From the IMG/VR virus record IMGVR_UViG_3300037358_000205: a stretch of 64,000 nt of DNA; one strand, 5' to 3'. Below the pieces are notes generated by a model. It worked only from the letters and a program-made list of their open reading frames with translations, did not search any database and was not told where the DNA came from. The stretch is from an uncultured virus (IMG/VR IMGVR_UViG_3300037358_000205) (taxonomy: Duplodnaviria > Heunggongvirae > Uroviricota > Caudoviricetes). Positions 56,997 to 64,000 of the stretch are shown in pieces. Numbering within the stretch: the first letter of the stretch is position 1; the number at the start of each line of letters is the position of its first letter. Both the position numbers and the translations under genes were made by a program.

Positions 56997-57377
56997 ATGG
57001 CCAAGATCGTCTGCCCGAAGTGCAAAAAGCCGTTCAACCGCAACGGCCCCTGCCACGTTTTCAAAATATCAAGCCCGCCGAGTTAGCCGCAAAAATCGCA
57101 TTCGATGCTCTCAATCATAACACAGAAAATCCCCTTTTTTCTCCTCGACGGCACCGAATTTGTGGCGATTCGCGCAGTGGAGCCGCACCTCAGAGCGATG
57201 GACACTAAAGTTTACGCGCTAAATTGCCCCTGCGGCGAGCCTGCACCTTTGATTAGCTTTAACGAGAAATTTTCTTGCGAATCGTGCAAACGCATTTACG
57301 AGGTGAAATCCGGAGGCGGCGATTGGTGGAACGGTCCGAGCAAGTGGTGGATCGAGGAGATACGTCAATTAGCATGA
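56997..57377 (+). pseudogene. Zinc-finger protein interrupted by an in-frame TAG (57084-57086)
   Basis: MAKIVCPKC.. is in frame with the 57105-57377 ORF (CPC..CESC); TTGACG-17 bp-TACGCC just upstream. Confidence 0.4.
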
Positions 57378-57397
57378 GCGCATAACCCGATGAACCG

Positions 57398-58072
57398 ATG
57401 AACTTTTTGTTCCAAATACTGGCATTCTTTTGTTTGTCTGGGTATACGCGCAGCCGAGACAAACGCTTCAAGACTAATGTCGCGTGCAGTCTATGTGGCA
57501 CAGAGCAGCCGAAAGGGACTAGGTTCTGCAAACATTGTGGGAGCAGCGAATTGCTTTCGATGGATGACTTTAAAGACCTAAAACACCAAAGACGCACCGC
57601 TGAAATTGATGAACTTAAGAAAACTCAATATCGGAATTCCGCTATCAAGAGAATCCAGGAACTGGGTGGTTGTAATTATTGCACGACATGTAATACTTAT
57701 CACGTCGAGAGTTTTCACAATCCTGCCAGCGCGTTGTTTTGTCCCGACTGTGGGAATAGTATTGAAGGAAAACGAATGCCTGATGAAATGGTTTTTGCAA
57801 TCGCTCAAGGTGAATACCCGGAGCTGGTTCGTACAAAAAGCGAATATCGTGCATTAAAGTCCTCCGCACCCGAACGTAAAGTGTTACGAAAAGTATTCTT
57901 AGCCTCAGCGGCGGATTTTGTAGAGGAGGTTAATCGTCCTACGAAGGGAACGAATTGGAACAACATATCAGTCTATGCAATAATAATTATCCCACTTGTG
58001 TTAATTGCTATCTTACTGATTACGGTTGTTGTTGCCATCTGCCAAGGCGCATGGCACGAACTTTTTAAATAA
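57398..58072 (+). CDS. Double zinc-ribbon membrane protein
   Basis: CSLC, CKHC, CTTC, CPDC; C-terminal TM; AT-rich. Confidence 0.7.
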   Translation: MNFLFQILAFFCLSGYTRSRDKRFKTNVACSLCGTEQPKGTRFCKHCGSSELLSMDDFKDLKHQRRTAEIDELKKTQYRNSAIKRIQELGGCNYCTTCNTYHVESFHNPASALFCPDCGNSIEGKRMPDEMVFAIAQGEYPELVRTKSEYRALKSSAPERKVLRKVFLASAADFVEEVNRPTKGTNWNNISVYAIIIIPLVLIAILLITVVVAICQGAWHELFK

Positions 58073-58218
58073 ACGAATGAACAAGCAAATCTACGATAGG
58101 TTACTCTGGCTTGTTCGAAACCAGCATGACTCGTCGGCCTGGATATGAATGAGGATGCCGACTGACATGAGATTCCGCCGGCGTCGGTAGGTGAATCTGT
58201 CTGTTAGTATTTGGTCTA

Positions 58219-58572
58219 ATGATCCCGCCAGAAAACATCGCTGCGTTCCGGCTGTGGGTGAGGAAACGCCATCCGAAAATTCGCGCTTTCGAGGAAGATG
58301 ATTTGGAGTGGCGCGATGAGGGGATGAATTTACTCGAAATGGGCCGATTCGGATTGGCGGAGAACAAGTTTCAAAAACTGATCCTCTCGCAACCGAATCA
58401 CTTTGACGGGTATGAGGGCCTGGCACGCGTTTACGCCAAAACCGGAAGATTGGAAGAAGCCCGCATGCTCATGGATTATGCGATTGAGCTGGCATTGCAT
58501 TTCGTTGACGAGGGGTCGATGGATCAGGAGCCGTTCGAGGAAATGAAGGCGTTTCGCGCGGGATTGTCCTGA
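58219..58572 (+). CDS. TPR-repeat protein
   Basis: G...AE..F......P....GYEGLARVY...G..EEA. Confidence 0.7.
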   Translation: MIPPENIAAFRLWVRKRHPKIRAFEEDDLEWRDEGMNLLEMGRFGLAENKFQKLILSQPNHFDGYEGLARVYAKTGRLEEARMLMDYAIELALHFVDEGSMDQEPFEEMKAFRAGLS

Positions 58573-58582
58573 TCCGGCAACC

Positions 58583-58972
58583 TCATGGCGTCAACACGAG
58601 TTCGGGGCCGGCGAGGACGCACACGGCTCCCTTGCATTTCACGAGCATTCCCTCGTAGGAGAATCGCACCTTGGGGTTGCCGGGATATTTGAACGTCTCG
58701 CCGGGGTAAAGTTGGTGTGCGACAACCCTCCATGCGTGGACGTAGGCGCCACCGGGGCAGGCCGCTCCCGCCGTGCCGGTGGTGGTGTAAAGGAAGCCGC
58801 GGTGTCGAAATGTCCTGACGGGCTGGTTCTGACCAATCCTGTCGGCGCTGTAGGCATCCGTGGCGGTCTTGAACAGATTCGGCGGGCAGCTTTGGTCGTG
58901 GTTGTCGAGGGCGGCGCGGATGGCAGTCACAACGGGATCGGGAGCGAATAGTTCCAGGGCTAATTGGTTCAT
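58583..58972 (-). CDS. Hypothetical phage protein
   Basis: MNQLALELF... follows the helicase gene. Confidence 0.55.
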   Translation of the reverse strand: MNQLALELFAPDPVVTAIRAALDNHDQSCPPNLFKTATDAYSADRIGQNQPVRTFRHRGFLYTTTGTAGAACPGGAYVHAWRVVAHQLYPGETFKYPGNPKVRFSYEGMLVKCKGAVCVLAGPELVLTP

Positions 58973-58977
58973 GCTTT

Positions 58978-61900
58978 TCATTCCTTGGGCATCTGGATGT
59001 TGTTGAGCTTTTCGAGGAGGCGGCGAATCTCGGCGGATTCGGGAGTCTCGTCGGGGTCCACGAATGTCGGCTTCTGCTTCTTCTTCCGCTTGGGCGACAC
59101 GAGGGCCTCCAACGCTGCCTTGATGTCCTGCGGAGTGACCATTGGATTGAATGGGCTGTTGGCGAACCGCTTGGGGCCGATGCAGGAGGCGATGGGCGGG
59201 TGAAACTCGCGGAATTGCTGTTCCGCAATGTTGAGCTTTTGCTTGAGGTAGGGCCACTCGGCTTCGATCTGGTGCTCGTCAATCGTCTCCCTTGCCGGGT
59301 CGAAGTCCCTGACGGCATCAGAAAGTAACTTTGCGAGGTTTACCTCTTCGATCCGCTCAGTGAACAAGCGGCCGTCGAGAGCCAGGTGGGACGAATCGCC
59401 CTTCTCGGTGTAGAGGGCGAAGAGGCGTTCATCGACCGTGTTCTCCGTGACGCAACCGAAGATATAAACATCCTCCTTGCTGGTGAGCCGGTGGACGCGA
59501 TCGGTGACTTGATCGTTGATGTCGAACGCCCATTCGATGGAGGGAAGGAAGAGGTAATTGCATTGCTCGAAGCTGTTGCCCTCGCCCATCGCTTTCTCGC
59601 CTGCTACCATCACGGAGTAATGGAATTGCTTGAACCGGCCCGCCATGTCACTCCGCTTGGTGGCGGATACGGTGCCGTCGCAGAGGCAAGCCTTTACCCC
59701 GGCTTCGCGGAGACGCTGAAACATGGTGGCGTTGAAGTGCTGGAAGGGGCTGGCAATGAGGATTTGCTTGCCCCGGCTCAGGGGGTCGATGAGCGCCCCA
59801 AGGATGGCGGCGGATTTCGTGGTGAAATCGGTCCATGAAGCGGCCTTGGTGTCGTTGTGGTAGTCGCGCAAGTTCTGCGAGTCCGGACAGAGCGCGGCCT
59901 GACGCAGAAGATTCAACTGGACGGCGACAACCGCGGATTTCTTCAACTCCTCCCCGGCGCGGGTGAACTCGGGCGGATTATTCAAATGGAAGGCATAGAC
60001 GGCCTGCTGTGCGCTCCCGGCCTTCACGCGGAGGGGCTTGAATATCTTCGGCGCGATGTCCTCGCCCACGTCCTCTTTGCGCCGGCGGATGACGATGGGG
60101 CCAAGAAGTTTCCAGAGGCGGTGAATGTTGCAAATCTCGGCGCTGCGTTTCTCGAAGCGGCGGCTCTTGCCGGTGTTGGCGTAATAGACGGCCTCACGGG
60201 TGAGGTTGCGCTCCTTGAGCTGGTGCTCGTTGGCGAATTGCTCCTTGGCTTCGGAGCTATTGGCGTAGGGGAAGCGTGCGGTGGCGTCTTCGGTGCAGCC
60301 ATCGACCCATTTCGCGAGCCAGAAGATGTCCTCCAGCCGGTTCTTGATGGGGGTCGCGGAGAGGACAAGGCGGGTCTTGGGATTAAGGCCGCGAACTCCG
60401 GTGCTGGTGTAGCTGTCGGTGCTCTTGAGCCGCACGCCTTCATCGACTTCCACGCAATCGAACAGATCCGCAACGAGCCGGGAGAGGGTGGGAGTGAAGA
60501 TGCAGCGGATGCCGTGCTCACAAATCTCCTTGCCGATGCCCGCGCTGTATTCCTCATGCCAGCCTTCGGTTTGCCAGCGGCGCCGGGTAATGGTTTCGCT
60601 GATCTCGAGGGTCTGGACGCCGTTGCGCTTGACCAATTCAGGCTCCCATTCATCGGCCCCATTCATGCCAAGGGCGGTATAGCTGGTGATCCAGAATTGC
60701 GGGTCGCCGTCGCCGGGGGCGGGGTTGGTGGTATGGGTTTCCGTTACCATGCCCGTCAGGCGAAGAATGCGGAGCACTTCCTCGCGGCCGGGAATGCGAA
60801 GCCATCCACCGGGCTTGCCGGATTGGAAGCTGGGGTCCATGGCGCGGACGCATTGCCAGAGGGTGACAGGATACTCATTGACGGTTTGCGCATGGGTCGC
60901 GAGGTCGGTGCGATGGCCCCACACTTCCTCCCCGGCCCTGCCTGTGATGCCGCCGATCTTGTGATGATCCGGGTTGACGCCGATGGAATAGACGTGTTCC
61001 CAAGTTTCCTCGCAGGGCTTGTCGAGGAAGGCTTGGATGCGGGGGACGGCGGCACCTACGTTGTGGGTGCCGATTCTAGCGTTGACGACGATGGTGGAGC
61101 GGGTGGCGTTGAGGCGGTCGAGCAATGCGGATTGCAGGATTTCATCGTCATAGAAATCGTCCTGGCTCATGAGGTCGCGGATCTCCACGCCGAAGAATTT
61201 AAGGGCCACGTCCTTGGTCTGCTGGTGCAGGGTATCGGGGGCGACGAGGAGGACGCGCTTGGCTCCCATGAGGAAGGGGCGGATCATTTCGGCCCACGTT
61301 TTGCCAAGGCCAGCGGCCCACGCGAGGATTGCGCCATCCATGAGGGTTGAGCGGGCGAGGTCGTCTTTCTGGAAGTTCTTGATGTGGACGTCCTTCTCCT
61401 TGAGTCCCCAGCGGAGGGCGAGCTCGTCGATCCGGGCGAGCGCGGCGCGGTATTCCTCGTGCCGGATGGTGGCCACGTCCTGAACCTCGGGGATCTCGAA
61501 GCTCTCGATGAGGGCGCTGAGGTTGTTGGCGGGCGAGGTCGGGCGGATTTCGGTTCCATCGGGCCGGAGTTCCAATTCCATCTCGGGGAATTGCATGAAG
61601 CGGTGTTTGGTGCCGCTCTCGTCGGTGACGGTAATCACGAGGTCCTGGCCCGTGACGAGAATATCCTCTTCGTCGCCGTCGATGTTGATTTGCGTCTTGT
61701 GACGCCCGATCTTCACCGTCTCGGAAGCGATCTTGTAGGACTTCCCGGCCTCGAATGAGGTGTGGCCGGTGAAGGAATTGCCCAAGTTTCTGCGGCACTT
61801 GAGCGTCTCGTTTTCATCCACGTAGCCGATGCGCTGGACTTCCGAGAGGGGATAGAACGGGGCGCGGCCGGCGTGATAGAGGCGGATGGATTGTTCGACT

Positions 61901-63024
61901 AGCGGCGGGAGCTTGGGATCGACAAGCCACACGTCGCTATTGACGGCCGCTTGCAACGCCTCGCGGGTATTGCGCTGGACAACGAGGGCCATCGGAGTTT
62001 GGCCCTCGAGCAGATGGAGGATCGAAACCAGCTTTTGCGGTACGCGACCGCTGAGGGTTTGGAACGGCGTGAGATGCCGGTGGATAACCTGGTGCTCGTC
62101 GATCCAGATATTGAACTGGCGCTTCTTCTCGCCGTGGCGGGCTTCGTATTCGTCGCGGGCGGTGTCCCAATCGCGCCATGTGGTCATCGAGCCATCGGTC
62201 TTAAACTTCCGCTCGATGCCGCCGCGGATCATGTAGCGGTTGGTTTTGATGTCCTTGATCGCGGCTTCGGCGCCGGAGGGAGTGTTGGTCCTGGCGGTGC
62301 GGTGTTCAATCTTCCCATCCCGGCGATGGTCGCGGGCGAAGTAGAGGACGGCGGTATCTATCGAATTGCAGTTCTGGAAGATGCTGCCGGGGATCGAGAG
62401 CCAGAGCCAGATGTGCTGGCGGGCGGCGAGGTCGCCGCCGTAGCCCTCGGGATTGCCGAAGTAGGCGCGGGCGATTGTCTCCGAGAGGATGATGTACCCC
62501 TCGCCCTTGGTGGTCATGAACTCCAAGGCCATGAGGAAGGTTGCCACGCCGGAGTTGATTTTGCCCTTCTTGGTCGCCACCGCGAAGCTCTCGCGGATCT
62601 CCCGCGACTTGCTCTTGCCGAGAAATTCGAGGCGCTTCGCATCCCAATTGATCGAGAAGGGAGGGTTGAGGACGAAGGTATCGGCCTGCCACGCGATTTC
62701 CGCGAGGATGGGGGCGAAGAGGGTGATGTCGGCGGGGAAGGCGTTCCAGTTCCCCTTGGCATTGGCGGGCTTGCGGGCAACGCCCTTGTCGATGTCGCAC
62801 CCCATGAAGTCGTCGCCTCCGCTCCCCAGGAGGAGATTTCCGGTCCCCATCTGCAAATCGACGGCGCGATAAACAGAGGGAAGGATGGAGGCGAATGCGG
62901 TGGCGTAGGCGAGCGGCGTGATGAATTGCTGCTGGCCTTTCCTGGCGGTGTCGCCGCTGTCGAGGGTTTCCTGTAGGGAATCCCAATGGATGCCGTTTCC
63001 GGCTTCGGTTTTGGTCTTAGGCAT
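58978..63024 (-). CDS. DarB-like methyltransferase + SNF2 helicase fusion
   Basis: QQFITP, DLQMGTG, NPPF (N6-MTase); AAGLGKT, VDEG, LSATPIKN, GEGNSF, DRVHRL (SNF2). Confidence 0.75.
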   Translation of the reverse strand: MPKTKTEAGNGIHWDSLQETLDSGDTARKGQQQFITPLAYATAFASILPSVYRAVDLQMGTGNLLLGSGGDDFMGCDIDKGVARKPANAKGNWNAFPADITLFAPILAEIAWQADTFVLNPPFSINWDAKRLEFLGKSKSREIRESFAVATKKGKINSGVATFLMALEFMTTKGEGYIILSETIARAYFGNPEGYGGDLAARQHIWLWLSIPGSIFQNCNSIDTAVLYFARDHRRDGKIEHRTARTNTPSGAEAAIKDIKTNRYMIRGGIERKFKTDGSMTTWRDWDTARDEYEARHGEKKRQFNIWIDEHQVIHRHLTPFQTLSGRVPQKLVSILHLLEGQTPMALVVQRNTREALQAAVNSDVWLVDPKLPPLVEQSIRLYHAGRAPFYPLSEVQRIGYVDENETLKCRRNLGNSFTGHTSFEAGKSYKIASETVKIGRHKTQINIDGDEEDILVTGQDLVITVTDESGTKHRFMQFPEMELELRPDGTEIRPTSPANNLSALIESFEIPEVQDVATIRHEEYRAALARIDELALRWGLKEKDVHIKNFQKDDLARSTLMDGAILAWAAGLGKTWAEMIRPFLMGAKRVLLVAPDTLHQQTKDVALKFFGVEIRDLMSQDDFYDDEILQSALLDRLNATRSTIVVNARIGTHNVGAAVPRIQAFLDKPCEETWEHVYSIGVNPDHHKIGGITGRAGEEVWGHRTDLATHAQTVNEYPVTLWQCVRAMDPSFQSGKPGGWLRIPGREEVLRILRLTGMVTETHTTNPAPGDGDPQFWITSYTALGMNGADEWEPELVKRNGVQTLEISETITRRRWQTEGWHEEYSAGIGKEICEHGIRCIFTPTLSRLVADLFDCVEVDEGVRLKSTDSYTSTGVRGLNPKTRLVLSATPIKNRLEDIFWLAKWVDGCTEDATARFPYANSSEAKEQFANEHQLKERNLTREAVYYANTGKSRRFEKRSAEICNIHRLWKLLGPIVIRRRKEDVGEDIAPKIFKPLRVKAGSAQQAVYAFHLNNPPEFTRAGEELKKSAVVAVQLNLLRQAALCPDSQNLRDYHNDTKAASWTDFTTKSAAILGALIDPLSRGKQILIASPFQHFNATMFQRLREAGVKACLCDGTVSATKRSDMAGRFKQFHYSVMVAGEKAMGEGNSFEQCNYLFLPSIEWAFDINDQVTDRVHRLTSKEDVYIFGCVTENTVDERLFALYTEKGDSSHLALDGRLFTERIEEVNLAKLLSDAVRDFDPARETIDEHQIEAEWPYLKQKLNIAEQQFREFHPPIASCIGPKRFANSPFNPMVTPQDIKAALEALVSPKRKKKQKPTFVDPDETPESAEIRRLLEKLNNIQMPKE

Positions 63025-63306
63025 GGTGGCTTTGTGTGTGTGTGGTTTTTGCTTCACGCGTGAAGCAGTTCAGGTGACTCGATTGGCGGTTCGAGGGTGA
63101 TGGGCGCGTACTCCGGGGCTGAGTCCATCGCGACGAGGGCGACGGTGCAGACGGGGCACGTTTCAGTGTTGTGGTCTTCGTGGATAAAGAAGGCTGGGCA
63201 CATTGGGCTTGCTGAGGGGTTGAGGTTTAACTAAAGAGGGAGTCGGGTCAAAAGTGTCATTGTGACAATATGTCAACACGTTTGACACAATGATTTTGTC
63301 GTGTGG

Positions 63307-63340
63307 CTGCCGCGCTGGTTTGGGGGAGCCAGCGCGGCAG
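63307..63340 (-). terminator. Stem-loop after the 63355-63924 gene
   Basis: CTGCCGCGCTGG..CCAGCGCGGCAG. Confidence 0.55.
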
Positions 63341-63354
63341 GGCCGCGCGGAAAG

Positions 63355-63924
63355 TTACTTTTTGGGCTGGTCGAGGTCCCGATTCCTGCCGCTGAGAAGT
63401 TCGGCGGCAGTCATGGTCTTGAGGATGTTGCGGGAAGTGAACTCAACGGGGGTGTTGGTTTCATAGCCGTGGATGTGAGCGCTAACCATGTTGGCTTGCT
63501 CGATGACGCCCTGCCACGTTTCGCCCTGGCGGGTGACTTGGACCCAAAAGCGTTCGCCTCCCGCCTTCCGTTCGCCTTCTCCCTTCCAGCCAACGCCAAG
63601 CTGCACGAAGTCGCCCTCGTGGATTTCCTCCAACTCGGCCGCGCCGGGGATGAAGAAGGAGTCCGGATGCTGCCGGTTTCGATCCACGGCATCCATGAGG
63701 GGCATTTGCTCGGCTGCGGTCGGGAGTTTCTCGGGATGCGGGAAGGCCCAAAACTGCGTGCCGTCGAATTGAACATCGTGCCCCACCGGGAGGCGGGCTG
63801 CGGCTTCCACGGTTTCGAAGATGGAATCAAGCGTAGCCTGGAGACGGCAGGCTTCGTCGAGGTCGAGCGTGGACCAATCCTTCTGAATGGCCGTGGCCGC
63901 GTTGTGAGCGAGGAAGGCGGGCAC
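63355..63924 (-). CDS. DUF2314-like domain protein
   Basis: GDFVQL...GERFWVQV....WQGVI. Confidence 0.5.
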   Translation of the reverse strand: MPAFLAHNAATAIQKDWSTLDLDEACRLQATLDSIFETVEAAARLPVGHDVQFDGTQFWAFPHPEKLPTAAEQMPLMDAVDRNRQHPDSFFIPGAAELEEIHEGDFVQLGVGWKGEGERKAGGERFWVQVTRQGETWQGVIEQANMVSAHIHGYETNTPVEFTSRNILKTMTAAELLSGRNRDLDQPKK

Positions 63925-64000
63925 TTTAGTGAGAGGGTAGGGCTTGAGGCCGTAGCGAACTTCCCATGCGGCGGGATCGGGGAATTTGTAGGCGGGTGGA

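Larger units (their letters stand above)
9374..63067. repeat. Dispersed 18-bp palindrome TGCTTYACGCGTRAAGCA (motif B, parS-like)
   Basis: Copies starting at 9374, 16720, 21473, 28847, 39802 (1-bp deletion), 53294, 55029, 63050. Confidence 0.9.
1564..63362. repeat. Dispersed 13-bp palindrome AAAAGTWACTTTT (motif A)
   Basis: Perfect at 5030, 11949, 16455, 23578, 26915, 29857, 32231, 37622, 54993; 1 mismatch at 20352, 38583, 51021, 52868, 63350; 2 mismatches at 1564, 59321. Confidence 0.9.
1078..64000. mobile_element. Tailed temperate prophage (long non-contractile tail type); right end outside the window
   Basis: Terminase, portal, capsid-region genes, frameshifted tail chaperone, tape measure, lysis-type genes, phage-type MTases and ParB; tRNA 3'-half remnant at the left end; backbone-specific repeated motifs from about 1.5 kb to 63.4 kb. 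Confidence 0.9.

Noticed and set aside
60720..61100. Intein in the DarB-like helicase
   Set aside because: No N-terminal Cys/Ser splice block, HN-C/S/T end or LAGLIDADG motif
1564..63362. Dispersed palindromes as a CRISPR array
   Set aside because: Copies are kilobases apart with no repeat-spacer periodicity, and no cas genes are present

Overview
Almost the whole window is one tailed (siphovirus-like) prophage in a GC-rich host. Its left end is probably a tRNA-Val(GAC) 3'-half att remnant at 1078-1119; no tyrosine integrase or second att site is visible, so it probably continues past 64000. The + strand carries early genes (YhaM-like HD nuclease, HTH), terminase, portal, a fibre and lysis-type block, head and tail genes (including a -1 frameshifted tail chaperone missing from the ORF track) and the tape measure. 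The - strand arm carries a serine recombinase, a PurA-like protein, a C5 methyltransferase, a ParB-like protein and a DarB-like methylase-SNF2 helicase. Two defence-like cargo blocks are inserted: a single-gene NERD/RelE-like/UvrD/RNAP alpha-CTD-like fusion (6073-9366), and a PLD-SNF2 + type IIG-like MTase + ABC-ATPase/HEPN operon followed by a DUF5677-like gene (39938-50079). The most striking unannotated signals are (i) two families of dispersed palindromes along the phage backbone, AAAAGTWACTTTT (about 16 copies) and the parS-like TGCTTCACGCGTGAAGCA (8 copies), neither seen inside the cargo genes; and (ii) a 142-bp inversion at 9524-9665 that reciprocally splits hidden ssb and DNA-ligase fragments. 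All protein calls come from motifs recognised by eye, not from database searches.
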